Below are positions 12,861 to 25,454 of a stretch of DNA of 64,000 bases, in pieces. The stretch lies in assembly GCF_018977255.1 (NCBI RefSeq), contig NW_024704764.1:868001-932000 (forward strand), written 5' to 3'. The DNA is from Callorhinchus milii (taxonomy: Eukaryota). A program made the translations under genes and the position numbers. The first letter of the stretch is position 1. Each line of letters begins with the position of its first letter. The notes under the pieces were generated by a model. The model was not told where the DNA came from. It did no database searches and saw nothing but the letters and a program-made list of their open reading frames with translations.

Positions 12861-13100
12861 TACCTCTTTACACTTTTACTCTCACACACTAGCTCGGTAA
12901 ATAGCGTAGACATTATTGTTAAATAATGTTTTGCCTACAGTCAATTCACGTTATAGCATATTCTATGGAGCGCTTTGAGACAGCTATGCTACGTAACAGC
13001 AGCTGGTGTTGAATTTTGGGAACTGTCCTAATTCATTTCCAATTAGACACAAAACAGTCATCACAGGGATGAAATTTATTTCATCAATCTGAGCTGGATT

Positions 13101-13291
13101 CAACAACAACAAGATTACATTTGAATAGCTCCTTTCACATCGGGCGGACGTCCCAAGGCACCGGACAGAGTACAGCATTTCAGACCCGAGCTGAGGGAGG
13201 GGGGGAGGGAGGAGAGAAGAAAGGTGTGGCCAATGGCCTGGTTGAAGAGGAGGATCTTGAGGCAGGACTTGAAGGAGGCTAAGGAGGGGGC
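13101..13291 (-). mobile_element. L2 3' tail fragment
   Basis: (caa)n...cctttcacatcgggcggacgtcccaaggc; nearly the same as 19326-19495. Confidence 0.85.
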
Positions 13292-13435
13292 AAATTCAAA
13301 TTCAACCAAAAGGAAACAAAAGTTCTCTGCGCTATTCAATACCCCTTTATTGGTGCTCAACAGAGAAATATATTTCTGTAAACCAAGAAGTTCATAAAAT
13401 GCAAAGATTTTTTAATAAACATTTGTAACTGGTAC

Positions 13436-13519
13436 CTCTGCGTTTCTTCTCCAGATATCCTTGCTTCATTATATTTGGCAGCTCCTGGACTGGGAGGAGA
13501 GGAATGTCTTCGTATTGCA
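13436..13519 (-). CDS. SKAP1: SKAP1-like exon, start of PH domain (QYEDIPLLPVQELPNIMKQGYLEKKRR)
   Basis: 84 bp; ttttttggattAG acceptor, GTacca donor; phase 1/1; KQGYLEKK is PH strand 1. Confidence 0.9.
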
Positions 13520-14039
13520 CTAATCCAAAAAAGAAGAGTCAAGAAATCAATAGTTCTTTCCTGGTTTAGAAACAGTCTACAAACCAATATCTCTTATAAG
13601 AAAGATTTTTTTATAGGAAACAAAAATGTCTGATCTCAGAAACCATGTACAGTGTTCAGCTTCTAACTTTTGAGTATTTTATTTGATTCCTGGGTTATAC
13701 TAGGTTAGATGATAAGACCATAAGAATTTTCTGGTGAAAGAAGATGAAGGTCCATCTAGTTCGCCTTCCACCATCCTGGCAGTCGCTTGACCTGTCATGT
13801 CCCAAACTATATACCGTACAGTGTATCACTTTTGACTGAGGTGTGTATGTGGTGGTGATACGGTGGGGTCAATAGTCAATGTGTGTGTGAAACCACCCAA
13901 GTATGTGCTCTCATTTAATATCCTGTGCCCTCCTCACCCTTCCCCTCTCCCACTTGCTGGAAGAGCATATCAGGATATCAGATAAGGCCACTCTCCATTA
14001 CATTGCACAAGTTAATAGTTTAGTGTTGGTGAGATATTA

Positions 14040-14260
14040 CAAACTAAATTGCATTACGTAGCAACTTTCATATCAGGAGGATGTCCCAACGCACTGAACA
14101 GCTGTGGTTGGAGTCAGGAGGGGTGGAGATCAAGGGGGTGGGAGAATGACTGAAGGCACAAAGAGGAAGGTCTTGAGACGGGCCTTGAAGGAGCAAGATA
14201 AAGGGATTCCAGGATGAAGGTCCAGAGGGTGGAGCAGAAATGGTTGGCGGGGTAGGGAAC
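14040..14260 (-). mobile_element. Decayed L2 3' fragment
   Basis: ggaggatgtccca...gaggaaggtcttgagacgggccttgaaggag matches the L2 3' end. Confidence 0.7.
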
Positions 14261-14591
14261 TTGGAGGGTTTATAAGTTTATATTCAAGTCTTATATTATT
14301 CAACTGTCGAGGGCATCACATTTGAAACCTCGTCAGTTTCTCACCTAATATCCACAAATACACACACTTTCCAACAGTGGTCATTGGATTCCAATCAGGA
14401 GCAGGAAATCTGATTGATTCTGTGCCTTTACTAGGGACGACTCAACTAATTGTAGCATTACATTTACTTAAACACAGTCTCGTATTCAAATTAGCTTTCT
14501 GGTCTCTATTCTGGTTTGTTAGGGAGACGTCACTCCCAGTTGCACAATACTGCATCATGGTAAGAAATTACAGCTGGAAATCTGCTAATAA

Positions 14592-14662
14592 ACAACAACA
14601 ACAACAATAAAATTACATTTGTTAGCGTCTTTCACGTCGGGAGGAAGTCCTAAGACGCTGGA
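14592..14662 (-). mobile_element. L2 tail-only insertion
   Basis: (aac)n aattacatttgttagcgtctttcacgtcgggaggaagtcc. Confidence 0.8.
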
Positions 14663-17600
14663 CTATGAGAGACCAAGCAGAGACTATGAGACAATTTTCA
14701 CTAGCGTTCACAATTATGATTTGTGGCAGCACTGAAAGGAATTATTCATTGACCATCTTCAGAGATCATATGTCACTCCTACTTCATTCCAATAAAGTTT
14801 GCACACAAGGATAACATAGCTTTCTTAAATTAGGTTCCCCCAAATCATATCAGAATTTTTTTATGCAAATAACTCTTACCTCATATGCCACAGAAAATTT
14901 AATTGAACCCAATATCAAACATTAAACTCGTTATAAATTGTGACGGTATAACTTTATTACAAAACAGTTATTTGAGACTTCTCCAGTGGATCAGTGTGGA
15001 ACTGAGCAATGCAGTCCAGCAAGATCTCAGATTTTATCTCTGTTTTGCACTGATATACCTGCTAGTTAGGAAAGGAGACTTGCATTTGATATATAATTTT
15101 TCATGTCTCACAGGATTTACTATGAAGTGTAGTGACTGTACAATTTGTACATGAATATGACACCAATTTGCGCACAGAAATATCCAACACCTGTGAAATG
15201 CATGACCACTTTGTTTCATTGGCCAAGACCAAAAGAAACTCCCACCAGGAGAAACTCTTCTCTTTTTGAATACTGACGTGGGATCTTTAACGTTCACCTG
15301 GATGTTAGCTGGACTGGACCACGAGCAGGCAGACAGAACCTCGGTTTATTGTCTCATCCAAAGGATAGGAATGCTTCTGCAAATTGTGTCAGTGCCTACG
15401 TGTGTATGTGTGTAAACATGTCAAATGAAGACAGGAAAGGACTCGGCTGTGATGCCCCACAACTGAATAGCTGCCGACACTCATTACTCCAGGGTCATAC
15501 ATGAAAAATAGCCATTTGCACGAGGTAACAAGGACTGACTGCCTGTAGAACAGTCCCTCAACACGAGTCATTGCTTCAGGAGAAGAGTAAAAGAGAAGTT
15601 TGTGGTGGGAGAGAGGAAAAATTCTGTTTCATTTTATTGATAAATTCTTGGTATTAGTGTTGAAATAGACTACCACAAACAAGGTAAATGAATGCACAGC
15701 CATGTACATTGCACATTGGCATAGCACATGCTGAAATTCACATTAGGATTAAACTGCAATTTTGCTATGCAAGAACGGTTTTGTTGTGGGCTCATTAAAC
15801 TTCTATTTATTCATCAGGCGAAGAGCAGAGGGGGGAAAGAAGCAGCAGAAATCATGTTTATGAAAGCTCTTTTCAAAGTGCACCATCCGATCTGTCTGTC
15901 AGTGGAGTCTGGATGTTGGAGTGGCAATATTTCACTTCTTCTCCTGGCCCCGCTGGTACATGTAATAAAAATCTCTTTGATTTTAAATTTTGTTTAGATC
16001 TTAAAAACACGATATCCTGCCAAGGGCCTCGGAGGAAGCCCCCACAAGGCTCCCATCAATATGCATGGTAAAATTGAATTACCCGGGGACTGCATTTCCT
16101 TCGTGCACTGCTTCAGCAGTTTAATTTCATTGCATCCAGACTAGATGAGCAGTGCCAGGGATGTGTTCCCCAGGATGCTGCAAGTTCTGATAAAGATCTA
16201 CTGCATAAATCATTGAGCGCAGGATGCTAATTCAATGAAATAAGCCACAGAATTGAAAGCTTCATCTGCTCCATTAAAAGATCAATTAAGGGTCCTCTAA
16301 ACCCTGCAGATACTAACAGCACTTTTTTTCCCTCTCTCCAGCATTTAATTTATCTGATTGGGCCCTTTGTTATATCCAGGTTAATGATGCGAATGCAGCA
16401 TTATATTTAACCCCACATGCATACAGTTACTTTTCTGTTATTATTACCGAGTTTTTCATTTTATTTTTTCCAATCTCTTACTCTCTGATTCCCAGCTGCC
16501 CACCTAACATTAATTCAGGTGGGTGACTGTAACCCAGAAATAATACCTGCTAACCTTTCGAGCAAGCCACGCTTTTGTTAAACTCCCAGCAGTGCAATGA
16601 TACTAACGAATATTGTCAGGTAATTTGGACTCCCTCGCTATACATCAATGATTCTGCCGACAAAATGCACATCGCAGTGTCAGCAATGCACTGTAGAAAA
16701 GACCAAATTGACGTAATTTTAGGGAGAGGCAGTATGATTTGCTAAACAAAAATAAACAGTACTTTAGCACTTACTAATAATCTGACTTTTTACAACTCTT
16801 CGTTTCCGGGGGGAGATTTTTGTTCTCATCAAGGTGAGAAATGTCAGCATTGGGAAATATAACAATTCCACTTACAAAGTTCAGGTTGAAAAAGCAGGAA
16901 AATGGCAATGTAAATGGAGCATCATAGCAGAAAAGGTGCTATGGGATATAAAATGAGTCTCCTCCAGAAAACTGCACTCATTTTTAGTACACTGACTAGT
17001 GCCGACCTGGCTCAGAGGAGATTGTTTTGGAACTGAGTTCTCATGGGTTAGCATGACAGTTTAGGAGTGCTTCATGCTAAAAGAATGAAAAAGCATTGGT
17101 ATGGAAAATGCCAGAGTAAGTGGCACCTCAGTACATAAAGCGACACGTTATCTTTACCCGCCTTTTTTGATACAAGACACCATTTATGCTGATGTTTTCC
17201 AAAGGACCGCTTTTTCAACTCAACTGTTTGCTTCCAAAATCGGGTACATCAGTCTGTGATGAACAAGGCAAATGGACGGCAATGGTCTTTTTCTGTTTCA
17301 TAAATTCCTATGTTCTTATTATTTAGTATTGCCTGTACTCAGGCATTTGGGAGTACACCCTAGTTTGGGCATGTATAAAATTGATTATAAACTTGGAATT
17401 AAGTGTTCTGGTAATATCAGTGCAGCGAATTCTCTCCAGGCTGCAGTTTAAAACGATGTTGCTGAATGTTTTAGATGTTTTCTTCATTAGGACAGTGATT
17501 GGCTGCAGGATTAATCCACACATCCCTGCATTGAGATGATGGCATTGCGCTTTGATCAGCCATGTGTGACTGAGACATCTTCTCCCTTTTAGAATCTCTC

Positions 17601-19028
17601 CGGCACTATCCACACAGGCTCAGTGCTGTCAGTCTCTCTGTCTACACAATATAGCTTCTGACAGCCAATACAGCATTACTCTGTACTGCTCTGCACGTAT
17701 CCCTGATGCACAGACAGTGTGTGATGAAGAGCCTCTGTGGTTCAGTCCGTGTCCCTATTTTTTCTCCATTTTATTCATTTTTTTTTAAAAACTCTGTTGT
17801 AAACAATCAAACAAGAAAAACACAACGAATATAAAGTCATGGTCCATTAGCCCCCTGAGTCATTCTTCAGAGAAAGAAAGAAAAACACCCGCAGTAAGAT
17901 TAATGTAGTATGTCTGCATTTCAGGAAAAATAATAGTGACATCTACAGATCCCTATTTCCAGCCTGGTCACAGATCTGTGCCTTTGTTGAGAGCAAGAAT
18001 TTAGTTCATTTTGCTCTTCTGTTCTATTCAGCTATACAAGGCTAGGGCACGTGGACTTTTCTTCACATTTTTCCTATTCTTCCTATTAAGATTTCCGCAC
18101 TGTCCTGTTAGAAATGGAAACAAAATACAAAGCTGTTCTTGAAAAGACAGATGCTTCTCTTCAACAACATCATTTGGGCGTGTGGCGTGATTTGGGTATT
18201 TATTAAAAGTGAGGGATGTCCATGTTGGGAATGGAATGTTTCACCATTTTTTGTTTCCAGTCTTATCATCAAAGCTCTCGACAGGTCGGTAAGTCTAACC
18301 TAGGAGCTAAACAATTGTTGGGTTTTCTTCCTCTCTTCCTCCCACAACACATGGCTAACGGCTCGTCCTATAGGGACAGTCTTCCAGCCAACTCCAGTCT
18401 GTGAAGAAAAGCCTAGTTCAGACATTTGGTATTTCTCATTTGTTCTCAGTATTAGGGGTGGTTCTGAGAATTGAAAATTTGGGGCAGGCCAGTAATCTTT
18501 CCCATGAAACAATTCCACCTGATCCTGTTGGCAACACAATACTGTCAATATGGAAGCCAATGGTACATTGCTTGTAAGTACTACTTTAAAGCAGAACACA
18601 AAGATGGGTCAAGATACAGGGCGCTCAGATAAATAACAATAACTTGGATTTTTATAACGCCCTTTACGTGGGGTAGGGTCCTGACTACTTAATAGGCTCA
18701 ACTTACTATAGGTCTGCTTATAGTGCACTGTAGACCCATGTTCTCCTGATGTGCAAAACACTCAGCTTCCAGTGTTGACGAACCAGATTCCTGCACTGAA
18801 ACATGACAGTCTTCCAGGTCAGCAGTTCCTGCTGTCATCACTTGCAAGCTTGGCGCTGCTACCATCACTTTCTGATAAGAGAAGCTTCCTTTGCCACATC
18901 AGGAAATCAGGAGCTATCCAATTCAATCCCACTCCCCCCGTTCTCGCCCCATAGCCCTGCAAACTTGTCCTCCCCAAATAAATGATGCCAGTCATGCTTC
19001 CTGCACATAGTGTGCTACACATAGTAAG

Positions 19029-19302
19029 TGACGTCAGTAGCAACCTGATGACCCGGAGGCAACCAATTTTTAGCGCTCCTTATTTTAATTCAGTAAGGCC
19101 AATATACACAGAGGCACTCACAAACACATGGAGACAGACACTCACAATTACAGAAATACACAGACAATCACAACAGCGAGGCCTCCGAGTGAAGTCCATT
19201 TACTGCTTGCACCGCACATGCAAGTCCGGAACCGCTCGGCCCACAGTGACGTCAGGTAGCCAACGAGCGGCCCACGGGCCAAAACACTTCATTTGGGGCG
19301 GG
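19029..19302. promoter_or_regulatory. CpG-rich promoter/enhancer-like element with two full CRE sites and a GC box
   Basis: TGACGTCA at 19029-19036 and 19247-19254; CCAAT motifs; GGGGCGGG at 19295-19302; local CpG excess. Confidence 0.45.
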
Positions 19303-19325
19303 TTTGTAGTGGATGGTGGTGTTTA

Positions 19326-19495
19326 CAACAATGACAACAACAAAATTACATTTGTATAGCGCCTTTCACGTTCGGGAAGACGTCCCAAGAGGCTGGACAG
19401 AGTACAGCATTTCAGACCCGAGCTGGGGTCAGGGAGGGAGAAGGGAGGGGAAGAGGGGTGACCGATTGCATGGTCGAAGAGGAGGGTTTTGAGGC
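19326..19495 (-). mobile_element. L2 3' tail fragment
   Basis: aattacatttgtatagcgcctttcacg...gagtacagcatttcagacccgagctg. Confidence 0.85.
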
Positions 19496-20314
19496 TTTAC
19501 AGCGGATTTACAGAGGATTCCGCGGCAATAGTGCAGCCACACTTTTCTATTGGCCCAGGTTATCACCTATTTGCATTGTGAAGGCAGATGCTGGCTGGCC
19601 TGAAATGTAATCTCAGTAGATTTTACTGTGAGGCGGCTCTCGAGAGGTTGCTGATGACTACTTGTATGACCCATTTCTTGAACCACACCAGAAAAATAAC
19701 ACACAGTCTGATCCAGCTAATGAACATTTTTCTTTTGCAGTCTTTAAACTATTTTCTTAATTAGGGATATCAGATTAACCATTTACTACTAATCAAATCT
19801 TTTGAATTAAGATTAGTGTTATTCTTAATTCAGAGTGTTACAAAGAGATGATTTAAAGGGCCTTTTTATTGGACGTCCCTTTTCATGGAACTCAGTGTCC
19901 AAAGAATAGCTCATAATAATAATATTATAATTAATGCCTAACAAGTCGCCCCACTTGCATGTACTTCTCCTCAGTGTTTCTGTGTAACTGGCCATTAGAT
20001 GTATTAGAGTAGATCTGCCCGTGTGATTGGGACCAGAGCTGCCCTCCCCAGCTGTTCCAACCATTCTACTCTTCCCTGTTTGTTTTGCTGGAATAAGATG
20101 TCAAGTAAGGTAAATCTTTATTTTACTGCTGAAAAGTGGCAATGTATTTGGGAAATCAACCTCAATATACTTCAACATTCACCTCTGCAGACATAACCAG
20201 TCAAAAATAAAATAAAATATAAAGAAGCATAAGAACAATGCACAAGCTAATAATTCCCACCTAAGATATCATTAACACATTAATAATTCATTCTAAAATA
20301 CAATTATATCAACA

Positions 20315-20863
20315 ATCTATTTAAACAATATAATGTTTGATGACAAACTGTAGTAGTGATGGTCAATAAACAGATGAACTAATAAGTAAGATATATTGCA
20401 GGACAGTCCCGGATAAGTTATTTACCTCCCCAAAGGAATACCTAGATTTACAAAACTCACAGTCCACAAATCCGACTGAGTATGGAACTATTATGATTTT
20501 GTAAAGTGCCAGGGCATAATGAATTGATTTTGATTAAAAACTCCAGACACTTCATTTAGTTTGAAGATTCTGAGGGAAAAAAGTGTGGATGCACAGGAGA
20601 TCCAGCAAAGCATCCAACGCTGCTGTGCATAAGCCCTGTAAATAGCATTATTATTATTAAATAGCATAGTTATTTGGTCACCAATCTTGGTGCTTTGTAA
20701 GTCTCTGTCGTGTACCAATTGATGCACCGAGATCATTAATGACTATTCATTGTTTTATTTTAAAGTTATTTTGTGAATATCTATTCAAACAACGTAATGC
20801 ACGATGACAAACTGTAGTAGTGATGGTTACTAAACAGATCAACTCATAAGTAAGATATACTGA
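20315..20863 (+). repeat. ~85-bp imperfect direct repeat (20315-20400 and 20779-20863)
   Basis: gatgacaaactgtagtagtgatggt..taaacagat.aact.ataagtaagatata occurs twice. Confidence 0.9.
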
Positions 20864-20874
20864 ACAGTACAAGG

Positions 20875-21278
20875 ACATCCTCGTCCTCACCTTCAAAGCT
20901 CTCTACGGCCTTGCTCCTTCCTACCTCTGTGACCTGCTAACCCCGTACAGACCTGAACGCTCCTTACACTCAGCGGGCTCCGGCCTGCTCAACGTCCCCC
21001 GCCCAGCCCGCCCCACCATCGGAGGTCGGAGTTCATCCTTTGGAACTCCATCCTGCAATTCTTTACCCTTTCTCCCTCCCTTGCCTCCTTCAAGGCACAT
21101 CTCAAGACCCTCCTTTTGGACCACAGCCTTTGGTCACTCTCCTCCTACCCCTAACCCTCCGTGCCCTCCACCACTCCTGATCCCAAGCCCCTGCTTGGGT
21201 CGAAATCCCTGACTGTCCAGCGCCTTTGGACAACCTTTCGATGTGAAATCTATACAAATGTAAGTTGTTGTTGTTGTT
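20875..21278 (+). mobile_element. L2 3' fragment
   Basis: Encodes ILVLTFKALYGLAPSYLCDLL; ends aaatgtaagttgttgttg. Confidence 0.9.
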
Positions 21279-22342
21279 TGCTCCACTGAATTTCTATACA
21301 TCTCATTTGTGAGATTTTCATTTGTAGAATTTTATTTTGTCGAAAAGAATATATTTAAATAAATGTGCCTGTGTTCAAAAAACTTGCTTTAACCTCAGTC
21401 AGTTACTTAGACATTTGCAGGTCTCATTTGCAGTACTATAGCATATTAGTCCACACAAATAATGAACCTCTATAATGCAAAACTCTTCCATTTATTAAAA
21501 GTGTAGGAGAGAAGTTCGAAGAACCAGATTTGGCCAAAGCTTTGAAGATGCTCAAGGTGATGACAGATAAGTTGTCAAGTGTATTAGTTCCAGAGGTGCG
21601 TAACACAGTGAACATGATTATCAGTGGGGCAGTGTTACAAATATGTGTGTCGAGGACCAATGGAACAAGTACTGTATGATCACTTTTTTTAATTAAATAT
21701 GTTGCTACAGTTTTAAAATTGGAAGAGGCAGGAATTCTACTGCCGTCTGAGAAATTCTCAATTGGTCCCCATCCGCTACATCCAGCAAACAAACAATTCT
21801 GTGTTTCCTACAATGATTGGATTGAATTGCTTATCAGGATAAATGCCTAAATCTCGTCTCATTTATAAAGCAGCTGTCCAAGCATCTCAGTAGGAAATCT
21901 GTTCAGAATCCTGAGCTAAATTGGTTCAGAAATTGATATTAAATTGTTTCAAACTTTTTCTGTTCAATTTTTATTTAGTTTGGTTTCCCGTTCACAGTTC
22001 TGCAGTAAACTATCCAAAATTGGCTGAGGCAGATTTCACACTCCAGTGTTTTAATAATTGTGTAAATAATAAGTGAACCATATCTTCCCAAAGTAGTAAG
22101 CTAGAAATTCTCTACAGGTTAATTGTTTTAGTGAATTTTGTGCTCAACATCGGCAGGATATTAGTGCTGGGGATTGAAACATTTTCCTACTTTTGCATTC
22201 ATGTCAGCATCCTGCATTAGGTCCATCTCAAGACATGCCTCTTTGTCTCGAGATGGACTTCAACTTTCCCCTCCCCACCCCCCCAGTCAGCAGTATTAGA
22301 CCTCTTTGTGATGTGAAAGATGCTATATAAATGCAAACTGTA

Positions 22343-22540
22343 GTGTATCATGCACTCCCAAGGCAGATGTAACATGGATCAGATACTGAGTAAAGCTCCC
22401 CTATACGGTCTTCTCCAGTAACCCCAGAGCAGGTACAGTTCAGGTCAGACAAACAGCAAAGCTCTTTCTACATTGTGCCACCCAGCACCTCCAGATTACA
22501 TATAACACAGAGTACAATTCCCTCTACACAGTCCCATTAA
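22343..22540 (+). repeat. About three degenerate ~65-bp tandem units (ctccca..gcaggtaca...gagtaaagctccctctacac)
   Basis: gagtaaagctccccta, cagcaaagctctttctaca and gagtacaattccctctacac recur at ~65-bp spacing. Confidence 0.7.
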
Positions 22541-22559
22541 GAACTAACGACTGCACAGG

Positions 22560-22970
22560 TACGGCTGGACTCCCCAGCTCCTTGCTACACAAGCAGCAGA
22601 TCATCCAGAATTGCCCATATCTTCTCCCATACCAGGTTCCATGAGCCTGTCACCCCGATCCTCGCTTGGTTCCCAAAAGAAGGAATTCAAGATTCTCATC
22701 CTCGTTCAATTGTCTCGCCCCCATTGTACCTCTGAGACCTTGGTCACTCTCTCAGCTCAACAATCACTGGTCTGCGTTGAGCCTTCAGCCACTCTGGCAC
22801 TACCCTCCACCTCAGACTTCTGCCTTGCTGTCTCCCACTCCGCCTTCAAAACCCACCTTAAGATCCATATTTCGGCAATCTCCTCTCCTCATTTGCCCTT
22901 CTGTTCAGGCTCCCAGGCTTTTGAGACATCTTCCTGACATGAAATTTGCTATTTAGCTGTAAAACGTTGT
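22560..22970 (+). mobile_element. Decayed L2 3' fragment
   Basis: gcagatcatccagaa...ttcaagattctcatcctc...ccttcaaaacccaccttaag. Confidence 0.75.
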
Positions 22971-24889
22971 TTTCCTCTAATTTGTTAAGGTATCAAATAC
23001 AGAAATACTGGAAATAACATCATCCAAAAGAGAATAATAAGTAAATCTTTCAGGCATGACCAGTCAACAACAATGGCTGAGGAGCTGCCGAGCAGCCCAC
23101 TACAATTAACCTCAGTGCCCAGTTTCGGGAGCTGATAAATTAGCTTCAGATCACTTTCCATTGACCACCCACCCCACCCTCCATTCCGAAAGTTAATATA
23201 TGTGTGGACATTAGTAAGGACTTCCACCATCACTGTCTATTAGCCGACTGATGTTCAGAGTCACGTCTAATACATGAAGAATGACCACTTGGGTGATATA
23301 CTGCAGGGCAGACGGCGCCAAGAAAATCATATCCCAGCACTAGTCTGGGTCGCCTGGAGGGAAAAATAAAGTTTGATTCGTCGAGAAGCAGCACATGCAT
23401 CGTGATTTCCAGAAAAACTACAAACACAAATTTCATGACTGGAATATAAAACCTCAATAGTAATGAAATAGTCCAGAATGAAAATGGAAGAGAGGCCTTC
23501 AAAACTACCTTAACATTAAGGGGAACTGCCTTAAAGCATCTCAATAGTAAAAGAGCTAAAGGTAATGAGGTTTAAGCACTAAACAAGATGGGATGGGATG
23601 CCAATAAGATTTTTCCAGTACTGTCTAACTTCAGCGTGAAGGAAAATGAGGATTAATGTTCAATTTAAACAGCTGTACAATTAGATCAAGAACTTACTCC
23701 AGCTTTGCTGCTCAGGATTAATTCAATTATTAAAGTAGATTACTCCTCCCCGCCCCCCACAACAGTGTGCTCGAGTGTTTGGCGAGCGCATTGTAACAAG
23801 AGATGTGCTACAACCAAGGAATACCAAACTCAGGAGAGTTTCAGATGAAGAAGGCACTTCGACTATTTAACGCCATCATTTCAGGAAGAGGAGCCTTTTG
23901 TCTTCCCATGAAAGTTTCTAGATTGACCAACACTCAGTTCAAACTCCTTAGCAGTATTGCATCTTAAAAAGATTCTCAAAGAATGGACTAGGGTTCAAAC
24001 TTACACATTCTGGACTGTATGGTGGTGTTTTTGCCCATTAGGCCACTGGGGAAGCTGTATTGTATTGATTTTATTGCTAATTAGTTCTCTCCATAAGTTT
24101 CAATTCATCCAGGTTTCCGCAGATCATGTTCTATGCACATCCATTGTTCCGACTGTCACCAAACTGTACTGCTCCCACTAGCCTTCAGCCAGTAAGTTCT
24201 TCTTCTCTGAAAATCTCCCAAATCTATTTACATTGCTGCCTCTAACTACATTTAAAATCCTCTTAAAAACATATCTTTAACTGTCATCATCCATAATTCT
24301 TCCTTCCCCCTGCTTGCTGTTTTTTATTGCATCTGTAAAATCTTTTGAGACTTTATTCTATGTAAAATGCACTGTACAAATGCAACCTGTCATTGTTGTT
24401 ATTTTGTATTTCTAAAAAAGTTTTAAAAAAGTTTAAAAAATGAGGGTCTGTTGCTGAGTGAAAAACAGACAGATTACTGAAAGCAGTTTCACTCCATTAG
24501 CAAGGGTTAGAGTATGCATGATGCAGCCATCTGTTAACCTAAAGATCATAACAAGACCCGACGATGAACTGCTGAGGAGCGTTACTTCAGTCCTTTCTCC
24601 AGCAGAGGCATGTGTGTTAATGCATCGTACATCGGCCATATAACAACAGGCCCTTTGTGTAGCCTCTGCAGACACCAGGACAAAAAGGCCAAGCCAAAAT
24701 TATAGTTACAATTTGTTCCTCACTTACATCATGATGTGTTGATGTGCCAATTGCAGTTTTTAATATGGAATTTTCAAATGTCTGATATTGTCCTAATACA
24801 GTATCCAGTTATCACCCTTTACATAGAACGTATATCTTTTTGGCTATTTTAAAATGTATTTCCTCATCTTTTTCACGCCTTCACCAGGA

Positions 24890-25410
24890 TCACACAAGAT
24901 CACAAGACACTTCAGATGAAGAGGCCCTTCGGCCAACCTGATCTCATCTTTCCAGAATATCCAATTTACATCTTCCCATTAGAGCACCAAGATGTTTCTT
25001 AAATGAGCCCAAAGTCCAGGAACTGGACTCATTTAAGTTTTTCCTGGTAATCCATTCCAGCAGTTAATTACTCTTTGCTTAAAGAAATAATTCCTGGAGT
25101 CCGCTCTTAAATTGCCCTTCACACAAACCTGAACCTGGGCTCTTTCATCTTGCTGCTTTGACATATTGTTCTGGGTTTACTCTTTTAATTCAACTTAGCA
25201 TCTTATTTACTTTCACAAGGTCCCCTCTGAGACCTCACTTTTCACTGAAGAGCAACAACTTATTTAATCATTGCTCATAGCTCAGCCTCTCTAACTGATC
25301 ATCCTTGTTTCCAACTTCCACACTGCCTCCAGGGCCTGGGGACCCCCTTACATTGCTATAACCACAGCTTTAGGCAGTATTCCAGGTGCTGCCCAATCAG
25401 AGCATCATAC
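24890..25410 (-). mobile_element. Old CR1-type LINE 3' fragment
   Basis: Reverse-complemented CR1-like end (gaggcccttcggcc...ccattccagcagttaattactctttg...aaagaaataattcct). Confidence 0.6.
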
Positions 25411-25454
25411 AACGTAAATGCAAGGAACACATGTATATCCTTTTCCCCTTGTAC

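Noticed and set aside
22343-22540. CRISPR-like periodic array
   Set aside because: Whole units are degenerate tandem copies with no unique spacers; vertebrate context and no cas genes.
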